The notes under the pieces are model-generated. The model was not told the origin of the DNA and searched no databases. It was given only the letters and a program-made list of their open reading frames with translations. DNA of 64,000 nucleotides from Roseibacillus sp. Its GTDB lineage: Bacteria > Verrucomicrobiota > Verrucomicrobiia > Verrucomicrobiales > Akkermansiaceae. The stretch is taken from positions 581,848 through 645,847 of the forward strand of contig CBDEUM010000014.1 in assembly GCA_965242925.1 (NCBI GenBank). Reading direction: 5' to 3'. The position numbers and the translations under genes were made by a program. This document shows, piece by piece, positions 17,953-28,111 of this stretch. Every line of letters starts with the position of its first letter. Positions within the stretch are counted from its first letter, which is position 1.

Positions 17953-20436
17953 TCAGTCCACATAAAGAAATTCGTTGGAAAGAAGCAATACTTGAGCGAG
18001 CAACGACCACCGCTCAAGGGCCGGGCCCGAGAAGCCCGCCTGCGCCTCGGCCAGGGGCAGCTTCACCCCTTTCTCCAGAATGACCGGGGCCCAATGAAAA
18101 CTATCCCAAGCCTCCTCCCCGGTCGATTCAACGAGGAAGTCCACGCTCTCCCCGGCGGCAACCTGCAAGGTGAGTTCGGTCCCTGATTTTTCTCCGGGCT
18201 CTACCCTCCATTTCCCTAGGATCTTGTTGCGCGCCACGATCAGGCCACGCACTGCATCCCCTTTCCTGGTGGGCCGCGCCAACTCCCCGGAAACCCGGAT
18301 CGTCGCGTTTTTGGGCGCCACCCAGCGCAGGATGGCCGCATGGTCTCCGTGCCCCGGGTGCCCCCCGGCAGCGTGCCAGTGGACCCAGCCGGTCTTCTGG
18401 TCAGGGAGTTCCGGTCCGCCCTGCCAGACCTTGCCTGTGAAATGTGGAAGGGGGTGAAACTCAACCCGTCCCGAGTCCCGATGAACCCGCCCGTGGCCAT
18501 AGCTCCAGGCTCCTGCGCTCTGCTGCATCCCCGCCCCCGCACTGCCGAGAAACCGCTGGGCCCGGGCCAGCTCGCCCGGAGAGGGGACCCGCTGGAGAGC
18601 CCGAAGATAGAGCGCCACGATCCGGGCCTTCTCGTCCTGATGAGAGGCCGTGGCCGCCGCGGTCGCCTTCGCCTCCCCATGGAGAAAGGGGCTGTTCATG
18701 AGATAGAGGGCCTGGTTGGGGGTAGTGGTGGCGGACCTCTTTACCACCGGCTGGCTGGAATCAGGAAAGTCGAAGATGCGGAAGAAGGAAGGCGTGTTCT
18801 GCCGTTCGATCAATCCGTAGATGGTACGCCGTCCTGGAAATGGCGCCTCATGAATCCTGGCCGGGCGGCCACCCAGCTTCCGGTCGAGTCGGCCACTTGC
18901 CTGCAAGGTGGTGTCGCGCCAGGATTCAAGGTCCTTCCGGTGCCTGTTACCGCGGGTATAGTAGCGGTTCTCCGGATCATGTTCGTTCAGCTTGTCGTCC
19001 GCAAAACTGCTGTGGCGCCACGCCCGAGAGGTCATGATATGGCGCACGAGGGCCTTGATGGACCAATCGTGGTTGCGGAGATAGTGGGCCAGATGATCGA
19101 GGAGCTCCGCTTGCAGGGGGAGCTGGGCCTGCATTCCGAAATCTCCAGGGGTGCTCACCAGAGGCGATCCCATCACGTGCATCCAGACCCGGTTGGCGCA
19201 AACCCGGGCGGTGAGGGGATTGTCCGGCCTGGTCAGTTCCTGCGCCAGTTCAAGTCTTCCACTGCCCTTCTCAAAAGCGCGATCCGGGGCGTCGCGGAAG
19301 AAGGCGGGAAAGGCCCGCGGAACCTTCGCCCCCCGGTTTCCCTGCTGTCCGCGCTCGAAAATCACCGGTTCGCGGGGATTGGGCCGATCCCTTACTGCCA
19401 TGGCCCGCAAGGGGGCATATTCCGATTTTCCTTCCAGCTCATCGAGCTTGGCTACAAGCCCCCGATAGTCTCCGCTCTCACTTTGATTAAGTTTTTTGAG
19501 AGCTGCCTTGCGATCGAATTTGAGCGGATCAGCAGGCCGTTTATACCCCTTGATCTTTCCGGCCGCGTAGTCATGGACGGCGTTGGCGCGCTTGATGAGC
19601 TCCTCCCGGAACTTGCGGTAGCCGGGTGAGTCCTCCGGCGTGCTTATAATCGGTAACTCCCCCTCGGGAACTTCCTCGGTACTGTCGAAGACCCCGTAAA
19701 TCCCGTAGTAGTCTGCCATGGTGAGCGGATCGCTCTTGTGATCATGGCAACGCACGCACTGCATGGTAATCCCCATTGTGCTGCGGAAGGTGACGTCAAT
19801 ACGGTCCGCGATGATAAGGGCGTGCTGGTTGAGGTAGCGCCGGCCAAGGGTGAGAAAGCCGAGGGCGGCCTGTTCGCGCACGGGGACATCCATCAGATCG
19901 GCCGCGATCTGGCGCCGCAGGAACTCGTCATAGGGCAGATCCTCGTTGAGCGAGCGCACCACCCAGTCCCGGTAGGTGAAGGCGAAGGGAAAGAGCCGCC
20001 CAGCGGTGAAGTTGTAACCCTTGGTATCCGCATAGCGCGCCACGTCGAGCCAGTGGCGGGCCCAGCGTTCCCCGAAGTGCGGAGAAGTCAGTGCCTCATC
20101 GACGATTCGCGCGCTCCATGCCGGCAGCGTCCCCCCCTGCGGCGCCAAGGCCCGCGCTCGAAGGTCGGGATCCGCCTGCAGGCCGGTGATCACATGCCAC
20201 GCACGGCGGAGAAGAACTTCGCGCGAAGCCTCCGGGACAGGGGAGAGATTCCGTTCCCGCTGCCGGATGGCAAGCAGCTCGTCGATGGGGTGCCCCTTCC
20301 CCGAGAGCGTCGCCCGGGCGAGAGACTGGAATGCCCAGTGCGAGCTGGCCTCATCGAGCGACACCCCCCCCGGCGCGGTGATTGGAAGAAGCACCGCGAT
20401 CCCTAGGAAAACAAGGGCAGGGACTCGCACAGTCAT
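17953..20436 (-). CDS. DUF1549/DUF1553 domain protein with C-terminal inserted domain
   Basis: HWAF, FGERWARHWLDVARYAD, CVRCHDHK, SNEFLYVD; signal peptide. Confidence 0.9.
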   Translation of the reverse strand: MTVRVPALVFLGIAVLLPITAPGGVSLDEASSHWAFQSLARATLSGKGHPIDELLAIRQRERNLSPVPEASREVLLRRAWHVITGLQADPDLRARALAPQGGTLPAWSARIVDEALTSPHFGERWARHWLDVARYADTKGYNFTAGRLFPFAFTYRDWVVRSLNEDLPYDEFLRRQIAADLMDVPVREQAALGFLTLGRRYLNQHALIIADRIDVTFRSTMGITMQCVRCHDHKSDPLTMADYYGIYGVFDSTEEVPEGELPIISTPEDSPGYRKFREELIKRANAVHDYAAGKIKGYKRPADPLKFDRKAALKKLNQSESGDYRGLVAKLDELEGKSEYAPLRAMAVRDRPNPREPVIFERGQQGNRGAKVPRAFPAFFRDAPDRAFEKGSGRLELAQELTRPDNPLTARVCANRVWMHVMGSPLVSTPGDFGMQAQLPLQAELLDHLAHYLRNHDWSIKALVRHIMTSRAWRHSSFADDKLNEHDPENRYYTRGNRHRKDLESWRDTTLQASGRLDRKLGGRPARIHEAPFPGRRTIYGLIERQNTPSFFRIFDFPDSSQPVVKRSATTTPNQALYLMNSPFLHGEAKATAAATASHQDEKARIVALYLRALQRVPSPGELARAQRFLGSAGAGMQQSAGAWSYGHGRVHRDSGRVEFHPLPHFTGKVWQGGPELPDQKTGWVHWHAAGGHPGHGDHAAILRWVAPKNATIRVSGELARPTRKGDAVRGLIVARNKILGKWRVEPGEKSGTELTLQVAAGESVDFLVESTGEEAWDSFHWAPVILEKGVKLPLAEAQAGFSGPALERWSLLAQVLLLSNEFLYVD

Positions 20437-20510
20437 TCGAAGTTACGCCCAGAAAATGCCTGCCCTTTCTCCTTTTCGCAAGAGCAACCGATTGCGCCGC
20501 CAGGGAGAGC

Positions 20511-21740
20511 CTAGAAGGATCTGTTGAAAGAGAGCATTAATCCGTGGAACCGCGACCTGTAGTCGCCCGCCACCAGATTGCCTCCGTCCGCTGCCGCTGT
20601 TCTATCCCGGACCGTGCGGTCTGAGAACGCATATTGATAAGCAACGTCGACGGTCCAGTCTTCCGCCGTGTAGCTCACCCCTGCGCTCAGCCAATGACGG
20701 TCGGCATCCGCAATTGCAGGATTGAAGTTTAGATCCGGTTGACTGTTCTCAATGAAGATGTAGCCCGCGTTGAAGGCCCAGGTCCTGTTGGGCGCGTAGG
20801 TCATCCCGATGCCATACATGAAATTTGATTCCCAGTTAAATGGCAATGGAGTGTCGGGAGAAAAGGCTTGCCGCAGCGTTGACGTAGCGAGTCGTTTCCA
20901 GTTCACCCATTCCACATTGGCTTCGATGGTCCAATGGTTATCCGGCCGGAAGGCATACCCGACAACCAGCGTATCCGGAGTGACGAGGTCCAGCGACGCC
21001 CGGCCATTGGGGAGCCCTACGGCGGGAGCGCCCCCGGAACCCTCCAGGTCGAGATCCGTCTTGGCACGATAGGTCACGCCAAAGGAGTGCTGCTGATGCG
21101 GATTCCAGAGGAGGGACGCGATCCAGTTGGCCGCTACGTCGTCGCCCTTGAATTCAAACTCAGCACCCGGAGCAAGCTGGGGTGCCGCCAACTGTTTAAG
21201 AGTCCCATCAGCATAAGTCACCCCGATGCCGCCCCCGATCGAGAGGCTGTCGCTCAGCTCATACGCCAGGACTCCCCACGCGGTGGCATACTTGAGGTCT
21301 GTCTCGGTCGCCACCGCTCCGAACGGCGTCGACGCGCCCCAGTCCGTTCGCAATCCGAAGGGCGCATTCAGACCAACCCCGACGGCCAGGCTGTCGTTGA
21401 GGGGAGCCGCCACATAGAGCTGGGGGACCGGGATGAACTCCGCATCGTTCTCGTGAGTCAGTCCATCGATATCAGTCTCCGCCTCAATTCCGAGCCGCAC
21501 GGCATAGACGCCGGCATGAACCGCGAGGGAATCCAACTGCGTCAAGCCGGCAGGATTATAATAAATGGCAGATGGCCGGTCGGCAGTTGCCACGAAGGCA
21601 TTTCCCCGCGAGGCCGCAAAGGGATCCTGCACAGGAATATAAAATCCGTTAGCCCGGAGATCGGGTTGACCAGACACCAGCAGGGCCGCGGTCAGCACAC
21701 CTGCGGGAGTCCGGAGGTTCTTAATTTTTGGGAGGTTCAT
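20511..21740 (-). CDS. OmpP1/FadL/TodX family outer-membrane channel
   Basis: NGFY hatch start, AIYYNPAGL motif, APFGL, C-terminal amphipathic strand ending in F. Confidence 0.9.
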   Translation of the reverse strand: MNLPKIKNLRTPAGVLTAALLVSGQPDLRANGFYIPVQDPFAASRGNAFVATADRPSAIYYNPAGLTQLDSLAVHAGVYAVRLGIEAETDIDGLTHENDAEFIPVPQLYVAAPLNDSLAVGVGLNAPFGLRTDWGASTPFGAVATETDLKYATAWGVLAYELSDSLSIGGGIGVTYADGTLKQLAAPQLAPGAEFEFKGDDVAANWIASLLWNPHQQHSFGVTYRAKTDLDLEGSGGAPAVGLPNGRASLDLVTPDTLVVGYAFRPDNHWTIEANVEWVNWKRLATSTLRQAFSPDTPLPFNWESNFMYGIGMTYAPNRTWAFNAGYIFIENSQPDLNFNPAIADADRHWLSAGVSYTAEDWTVDVAYQYAFSDRTVRDRTAAADGGNLVAGDYRSRFHGLMLSFNRSF

Positions 21741-21767
21741 GTCTAGGGGTATGAGCTTGGATTGATC

Positions 21768-22142
21768 TTATTGGGAATCAAAGATGGTGTGTTCCTCGGT
21801 GAGGAAGATCGAAGATCGGGAGAGATCGCAGAAGGTGGCCTCATCCTCAATGAGTTTCTCGTGGGCCGCTGCCCCTTCCGGGGTTTGCATGGCGCCCAAC
21901 AGTTCCTCATGAGAATTCCACCAGATCTCGGTAATCCCATCGAAAGGCCCGGAGGCGCCCCGGCCCCCTTGTGCAATCTCGTTGAGGGGGGACTCCAGAA
22001 GGTGGCTCTGGACGTATCGCTGCGCCTTCAGGGCCCCCGCAAAACTCTGCACCAGCGGCCCGTGATTGTCCTTCCAGTAGCGATAAAATTCTTCCGGGGG
22101 CATCCCGGCCTTCCGATGGACACAGTAAACAAGTTTAATCAT
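21768..22142 (-). CDS. EthD domain protein
   Basis: MIKLVYCVHRKAGM..EEFYRYWKDNHGPL, FDGITEIWW, DEATFCD. Confidence 0.88.
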   Translation of the reverse strand: MIKLVYCVHRKAGMPPEEFYRYWKDNHGPLVQSFAGALKAQRYVQSHLLESPLNEIAQGGRGASGPFDGITEIWWNSHEELLGAMQTPEGAAAHEKLIEDEATFCDLSRSSIFLTEEHTIFDSQ

Positions 22143-22187
22143 TTCGATGGAGGTTGAATGAGGTTATTGGGGTTCAGGGTTGTCCTG

Positions 22188-23390
22188 CTACTCGACGAAG
22201 CGCGACCAGAAGAGTTCGTTGCCCACCAGATCGGCTGCCAGTTCCTCAAACGGGTCATCGGGCGCCCGTTCAATCCGCGACACGTCGAATCCGATCCGCA
22301 ACCGCGCTTCGGTCCGGTTCGGTTCGGGGAGAAAGTCGATCACTCCCCCATGATGAGTGATGCGCATGCAGGCTCCTATGAGATCGAGGGCATGTCTGGA
22401 GGGCTCCTCTGCACTGGCGCTCATGGCGGGCGCGAGCACGGACCGCACCGGGCGCCCCGGAAAGATCAGTTCAAGGCCCGACAGGCACTCCTCCAGACGA
22501 ACCATGCCTTCTCCCTCCACTACTTTTGCGAGGGCGCTAATAAAAGGGCCGATTACGCCCTGAAGATCGCTCAGGGGCCCCGGCCAATCCGGCGGATTGG
22601 CCCGCGCCTCGCCCCACTCCAGGGCGGGACTTCCCTCCACCGCGGGCTTGAGGGCCTCCCCCACCGTGCAGCGGAGTTCAAAGTCCAGTCCCGCGGGACT
22701 GGTGAGGTCGGATGGCAGGGACGTATTGACCGCGCCGAGAAATGACAGGTGCCGCCGATAGAGCTCGCGCCACGAGAGCCCCTCGGATCCGATCGACTCG
22801 GGCACCGGCTTCTCATGGGGCTCTTCCGAGAGGCGGACGATCGCCCTGAGAGCCTCTCCAACGTGGCGGATTCCGGCCTCACGGAAGATGGCCAGGGCCG
22901 CAAGGCACACGATGCGATCTGAGGCCGCCAGCATATCCACACTCATCATCTTCTGGCGCACCAGTTCCTCTCGCTCGAGACGCACCAGGTAAAGTTCCAT
23001 GGCCCGCTTGAGAGTGACCTCCAGTTCGGGAACCTCCCAGGGCTTGGTTACATAACGGTAAATCCCGCCCTTGTTGACAGAAGAAACGGCGGCATCAATG
23101 TCCGCGTAGGCCGTGGAAAGAATGCGCACCACCCCAGGCTTGAGAAGGGCGACCTTTTCAAGGAATTCGCTTCCGGTTTCATTCGGCATCCGCTGGTCGG
23201 TCACCACCACGCCAATCTCGTCCTGGTATTCGCGGAATCGTTCCAGGCCCGCTACCCCGTCTTCGGCAAGAACAATGCGGAACGTCTTGCCGAAGAGCTT
23301 GGCGAAGTACTTGCGGGTTCGTTGTTCATCATCAACGAAAAGAACAACGTGTTGCCGGTAATCTGGCGTTTGCAGGCTCATTTCTTCCAA
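22188..23390 (-). CDS. Response regulator, PhcQ-like (REC plus degenerate kinase-like C-terminus)
   Basis: VLFVDDE, VTDQRMP, STAY, YVTKPW; overlaps the kinase gene. Confidence 0.8.
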   Translation of the reverse strand: MEEMSLQTPDYRQHVVLFVDDEQRTRKYFAKLFGKTFRIVLAEDGVAGLERFREYQDEIGVVVTDQRMPNETGSEFLEKVALLKPGVVRILSTAYADIDAAVSSVNKGGIYRYVTKPWEVPELEVTLKRAMELYLVRLEREELVRQKMMSVDMLAASDRIVCLAALAIFREAGIRHVGEALRAIVRLSEEPHEKPVPESIGSEGLSWRELYRRHLSFLGAVNTSLPSDLTSPAGLDFELRCTVGEALKPAVEGSPALEWGEARANPPDWPGPLSDLQGVIGPFISALAKVVEGEGMVRLEECLSGLELIFPGRPVRSVLAPAMSASAEEPSRHALDLIGACMRITHHGGVIDFLPEPNRTEARLRIGFDVSRIERAPDDPFEELAADLVGNELFWSRFVE

Positions 23391-26206
23391 GCTTCTTCAA
23401 GTTCAACCGCGTCAGGGCGGGTCTCGTGCCGGGGCGGGGGACCCGGCTCCGGATCTTCGTCCTCCATTTCGCATCCGGAGTCTGCTTGCCCCTGCCAGGG
23501 CTGTGGAATCATGACGCTGAATACGGTGAAGTTCCCCGGATCGCTTTCGACCTCAATCCTCCCATCGTGCGATTCCAGGATCCGGTGACAGATGCTCAGC
23601 CCCAGACCCATTCCCTCGCCAACATCCCGCTTCGTAAAGAAGGGATCGAAAATGTGGTCCATGTCCTCGGGATCGATTCCCGGCCCGTTGTCCCGCACCC
23701 GGATACAAACGTCCTGTTCCCCTTCCCGTTCGGAGGAGACCTCGATCTGAGGCTGGCCCCCTTGCGCTCTCGCCCCCTCCAGAGCCTGGGCAGAATTCTG
23801 GATGATGTTGACCAGGACCTGGCAGAGCTGATTGCCATTGCCGCTGACCCTGTGGTCCTCCGACACATCCACTTTAAACTCAATGCCCTGCAGCTCGTCG
23901 GCCAAAAGCCGGCGTGCATTCTCGACTGCTTCCCTGACGACTACTTCCTCCTTCATGGCAACCTCGCCCTTGGTGAAGGAGCGCAGGTCGCTGACAATCC
24001 GGATCACCCGGCCCACGCCCTCCTCGGCATCCGCAACGGTTTCCTCGAAATCAGCCCGTTCGCCTTCGGCCACATCCTCGGCGTACATCCTCAGGGCATG
24101 CAGTGCCGTCTTTACATAATTCATCGGATTGTTGACCTCGTGCACGATCCCCGCGCTCATCCGCCCGAGCGAGGACAGGGTTTCCGCCTGCAGCAGCCGG
24201 GCTTCGTTCTCCTTGATCTCATCCAGAGCAACATCACGCTCTTCCACCGCCACTCGCAACTCCTGGTTGATGATGCCCAGTTCCCGCTGGTACTTCTGCC
24301 TGTCGAGAAGGTTGCGAATCCTGAGACGAAGCTCTGCGGTCGTGAAAGGCTTGGTGAGGAAATCACTCACCCCCGCCTCCAGAGCCTGGATCCTCGGAGT
24401 TTCATCCGCCGCCGCGGTCACCAGCAGGATCGGAACCTGGGATGTCAGGTTGTTCTGGCGCAGGCGTTGCGTCAGGGTGATGCCATCCATCTCCGGCATC
24501 ATGTAGTCAAGAATGATCAACTGGGGCTGGAACTGCTGGGCCCGTTTCCACGCCTCCAATCCATCACAGGCCTCGACCACGCCGCAACCCATCTCCTCCA
24601 CCTCTTCCTTCAGGAAACGCCGCAACCCGTTCTCGTCCTCCGCGATGAGAACCAGTTCCTTATTGGCGGAGCCTTCCGCGCCGGGGACCCCCGTGACGGC
24701 CGGGTCGAGGAGCGAGGGAGCGCTGTCCATGGTGCCCAGCGCTCCCCTGATGCGGGCCCTGTTGTGGATCTCGGTCAGCGGATCCTCCTCGTCTGACACC
24801 TCGGTTTCAGAGTTGCCGGGTGACACCAGGAGAGGGACGGAAATGGTAAACTTCGTCCCTTTTCCGTACTCGCTCTCGATTTCGATCGCGCCATCCATCG
24901 ATTCGGTCAGGCTCTTCACCAAGGCTAGGCCGATCCCGACCCCGTGGTGCTTCTTGGCCGCGGAGGTATCAGCCTGCCAGAATCGCTCGAAGGCCGAATT
25001 GACCTGGTCCTCCTTCATCCCCGCGCCATTATCGGCCACCTTGAGGATCAATCGTCCACTTTCAAGTCCCGCGGAGAGAGAGACCTCCCCGCCGGTCGGG
25101 GTGAACTTGAGGGCATTTACCGCGAGGTTGAGAACAATCTTCTCCAGGCGATCGCGATCGAGATACACTTCCTCCTCTTCGCCGCAGGCCGCGTTCCAGC
25201 CAAGGTTGATCCGCTTCCGGTCAGCCATGGGCTGAAGGTTGCGGCCGAGCCCATCAATGAACGTGAACGGGCGGAAACACTCCGGTCGCATCGGCATGTC
25301 GCCACTGTCCATGCGCACGAGGTCGAGGATGTCATTGATGAGACGGAGGAGCCTCATGCCGTTGTCCTCCAGGCCCTCCACCAGTTCAGCAAGCTGGGCA
25401 TCGTTGCGCACCGCGTTCAGGTTGTGCATCTTCTCGATAGGCGCGAGAATGAGCGTGAGCGGGGTGCGGAGCTCATGGCTGATATTGGCGAAGAACCTGG
25501 TCTTTGCCTCGTCGAGATCCTGGAGTTTACGGTGGTTTTCCGCCAGTTCCTCCTGCTGAGCCACTACCTCCTCCCGCAGACAGAACTCGGCGAATCGAAG
25601 CCGGTTATAAAAATAGAGGCCGATGCATACAAACGCTGCCGTGACGAACAGAAAAAAGAGCGCAATGGTAATGTTCTCGACGCTGCTTTCCGTTCCGAAA
25701 GCGACTCCCAGATAGCCGACGATGCAGAGCAGGGAGTTGATCAGTCCATCGACACACCTCCATCGCAGGAGCAAAACCGCACCAACCATAACCAGATTGA
25801 GCCCCGCGTAGTACGGCGAGCCGCCCCCTCCGGTTTCCACCAGCATTCCGTGGATTGTCACCATCGGGATCAGCGCAACAAGATGGCCAAGGAGGTGAAG
25901 GATCCGACGCGACCCGCTGCGAACCCGATAGAGAAGAAATAACACGAAGAGCAATCCGGAGGAACAGGCCATGCGCAGCATGAACAGTCTGCCCACCACC
26001 CCCTCATAGCCCGGGGTGGAAGAATCCCCAAAGGCCACCAGGTCCATGCCCGCCCCGAGGGCGATGAACAAGGCCGCCAGAAACGCCCCCCGCCGATAGT
26101 TCAGCAGGCGGACCTCGTCCTCCTGGACCTCGAACCGCTCCTGCAACGACATCGGTTTCCTCTCGTCGGCCCCGGGGGCTGCTGCCGTTGTATCAGATCC
26201 CGTCAT
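23378..26206 (-). CDS. Membrane hybrid sensor kinase (TM-HisKA-HATPase-REC-HisKA-HATPase)
   Basis: Multi-TM N-terminus; SHELRTPL; NALKF, DNGAGM, GIGL; AEDE..LDYMMP..TKPF; HEVNNPM; DNGPGI, GMGLGL. Confidence 0.93.
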   Translation of the reverse strand: MTGSDTTAAAPGADERKPMSLQERFEVQEDEVRLLNYRRGAFLAALFIALGAGMDLVAFGDSSTPGYEGVVGRLFMLRMACSSGLLFVLFLLYRVRSGSRRILHLLGHLVALIPMVTIHGMLVETGGGGSPYYAGLNLVMVGAVLLLRWRCVDGLINSLLCIVGYLGVAFGTESSVENITIALFFLFVTAAFVCIGLYFYNRLRFAEFCLREEVVAQQEELAENHRKLQDLDEAKTRFFANISHELRTPLTLILAPIEKMHNLNAVRNDAQLAELVEGLEDNGMRLLRLINDILDLVRMDSGDMPMRPECFRPFTFIDGLGRNLQPMADRKRINLGWNAACGEEEEVYLDRDRLEKIVLNLAVNALKFTPTGGEVSLSAGLESGRLILKVADNGAGMKEDQVNSAFERFWQADTSAAKKHHGVGIGLALVKSLTESMDGAIEIESEYGKGTKFTISVPLLVSPGNSETEVSDEEDPLTEIHNRARIRGALGTMDSAPSLLDPAVTGVPGAEGSANKELVLIAEDENGLRRFLKEEVEEMGCGVVEACDGLEAWKRAQQFQPQLIILDYMMPEMDGITLTQRLRQNNLTSQVPILLVTAAADETPRIQALEAGVSDFLTKPFTTAELRLRIRNLLDRQKYQRELGIINQELRVAVEERDVALDEIKENEARLLQAETLSSLGRMSAGIVHEVNNPMNYVKTALHALRMYAEDVAEGERADFEETVADAEEGVGRVIRIVSDLRSFTKGEVAMKEEVVVREAVENARRLLADELQGIEFKVDVSEDHRVSGNGNQLCQVLVNIIQNSAQALEGARAQGGQPQIEVSSEREGEQDVCIRVRDNGPGIDPEDMDHIFDPFFTKRDVGEGMGLGLSICHRILESHDGRIEVESDPGNFTVFSVMIPQPWQGQADSGCEMEDEDPEPGPPPRHETRPDAVELEEAWKK

Positions 26207-27626
26207 GGTCCTCTTTTTTCCGAACCTCGAGGAAGAGGTTCACTCCCGTTTCATCCCGGTTCAGGGAAGTCTCGAACTGGCCCCCGTTAAGGGGGGCTAT
26301 CTCCATCATGGCCGCGTCATCGCGGTAGATCAGGTTCCACTCCAGGACGAACTCCATCCAGGCGCGGCTGGGGTTGGTGTCGCTGACGTTGGTCACCAGC
26401 ATGAGCCCTCCCGGGGCCAGGAGCCGGGCGAACAGATCATTGAGACGGCGGCAGACCCTCTGCGAAAGGTAGTCGAAGAGTCCCGAACAGTAGACCATGT
26501 CGAACGACTCCCACTTCAAATCCACGTCTCCGGTGGAGGCCTGCCGCAGGAGCTTGTGGACGGAGCGCTGGAGCATGGAGATGGGCGTAACCCGGCCCGC
26601 CTGGGTCCGCACTCTGGCGAGCTCCTTCTGGGTATACTCGATAGTCTCCGCGTTGAAATCCAGAAGCGTGATGTCACAGAGATCGCTCAGCTCTTCGTTC
26701 TCCAGGAACTGCTTGACCTCGTGGGCGGGGCCACACCCGAGGTTCAGGATTCGGGTGCGGCGTCCCTTCATCGCATTGCGCTCCGCCTCGGCCCGGAGCT
26801 TGGTGGTGAGGTAGTGAATGCGGTTGCGGTGTGCCACCACCGGTGCGGTCTGCAGGAAGGCGTGGTTGATGAGCTTGGCGAAGAGGGAGCCCCCTTCATA
26901 GGGATCGCGGACCATCATGTTCACCATCTCGTAGTCGCCCGCATAGCCGAGCGGCTTATGGAAGGAGCGATAGGTGAAGGGCGAACAGAGCACCAGGGGA
27001 TGGATTTGCCGCCGAACATAAAACTTGTGGGTGGCTTCCCGGCCCTCCGGAATTTCCCGCACTGCTTCCTCGAAATCTCCCATCGCGCCCTGCATCTCTT
27101 CCAGAATCCGCTCCTGCAGCTGATCGATTATTTCCCGTTCCAGGGTCGGACGGTCAATCGAGGTGGTGGCCCGGATTCCAAGATCGATCTGCTCCATCCA
27201 ACGCTGCAGGCCAATGAGGAGATTCTGCATGTCGGCTACCGTCAGCTTGAAGGACAAGTCGACCTCGTGCGCCCGCTTCCAGTCCTGCACGAAGGTATCG
27301 AACTGGTCGGTCAGAGGGTCCCGGCCTTCCCGGTCCGACAAAAAATCAACGTCCAGCCAGGCGTTCCCCAGGGTGGCCTCACAAACCAGGAGAATCCCCG
27401 TGTTTACGAGCCCAGTAACCACCGCTTCGCCCTGATATACCACCCGATCTCCTACGCGAATCCTGAAGTCTCGTAAAACTTCAGAAAGTTGCAGGATGCT
27501 GTAAGGATTATAGATTTCAAAGGCTACTGAGTAACGGCGCAACCTCAGGATATTGGCCGTAATCTCGGACCCCTGGCTGTTACGACAGACGACAACACTA
27601 GTGAGAAGGGAAGATCCTTTCTGCAT
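26193..27626 (-). CDS. Class I SAM-dependent methyltransferase, PhcB-like
   Basis: N-terminal RNSQG..EIYNPYSI.Q.SEVL, KPLGYAGDYEMVN, AHRNRI, LNLGCGPA, GLFDYL. These motifs recall Ralstonia PhcB (from memory). Confidence 0.8.
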   Translation of the reverse strand: MQKGSSLLTSVVVCRNSQGSEITANILRLRRYSVAFEIYNPYSILQLSEVLRDFRIRVGDRVVYQGEAVVTGLVNTGILLVCEATLGNAWLDVDFLSDREGRDPLTDQFDTFVQDWKRAHEVDLSFKLTVADMQNLLIGLQRWMEQIDLGIRATTSIDRPTLEREIIDQLQERILEEMQGAMGDFEEAVREIPEGREATHKFYVRRQIHPLVLCSPFTYRSFHKPLGYAGDYEMVNMMVRDPYEGGSLFAKLINHAFLQTAPVVAHRNRIHYLTTKLRAEAERNAMKGRRTRILNLGCGPAHEVKQFLENEELSDLCDITLLDFNAETIEYTQKELARVRTQAGRVTPISMLQRSVHKLLRQASTGDVDLKWESFDMVYCSGLFDYLSQRVCRRLNDLFARLLAPGGLMLVTNVSDTNPSRAWMEFVLEWNLIYRDDAAMMEIAPLNGGQFETSLNRDETGVNLFLEVRKKEDHDGI

Positions 27627-27733
27627 TGACTAAGGGGCCGTGATCAAAAAAGCTGGCGAGGTAAGCATTGCATGATAAGCGCGCTTGCAAATATTTCTCT
27701 TGAACCTGACAATCATTAGTTCCGAATAGCCAG

Positions 27734-28111
27734 ATGGCCCAAGACTCCCCCAAGTTCAAGATTACCCGCGAAGGGCAGCGGTTCATCTGCCCGGACGGAC
27801 AGGATTTGCTCGAACTCGCCGAGGCTGAAGACTTCTCCGTCTCGGGGGTGGCCGAGTCTCTGGGCCTCACCAACCGGCAGTTGGAATACGCCGTCGAGCG
27901 AGCCTCCGGATTGCGCCCGAAAGAACTTTTCCGGCGTCACCGGATGCTCCTGGCCCGCCGCCTGGTCGCGGAAGGTTTCTCTCTCCAAGTGATCGCGCAG
28001 CGGCTGGGGTTCAAGCACTACACTCACTTCGCCTCCGAAGTTAAGTCCTACTTCGACCTGCCTCCGCGCCAGTTTCAGAAATCGGTGCGGGCCCTGTGCC
28101 CGGAAACCTAG
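27734..28111 (+). CDS. Stand-alone AraC-type HTH protein
   Basis: VAESLGLTNRQLE, IAQRLGFKHYTHFASEVKSYFDLPPRQF; no sensor domain; divergent from the phcB-like gene. Confidence 0.85.
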   Translation: MAQDSPKFKITREGQRFICPDGQDLLELAEAEDFSVSGVAESLGLTNRQLEYAVERASGLRPKELFRRHRMLLARRLVAEGFSLQVIAQRLGFKHYTHFASEVKSYFDLPPRQFQKSVRALCPET

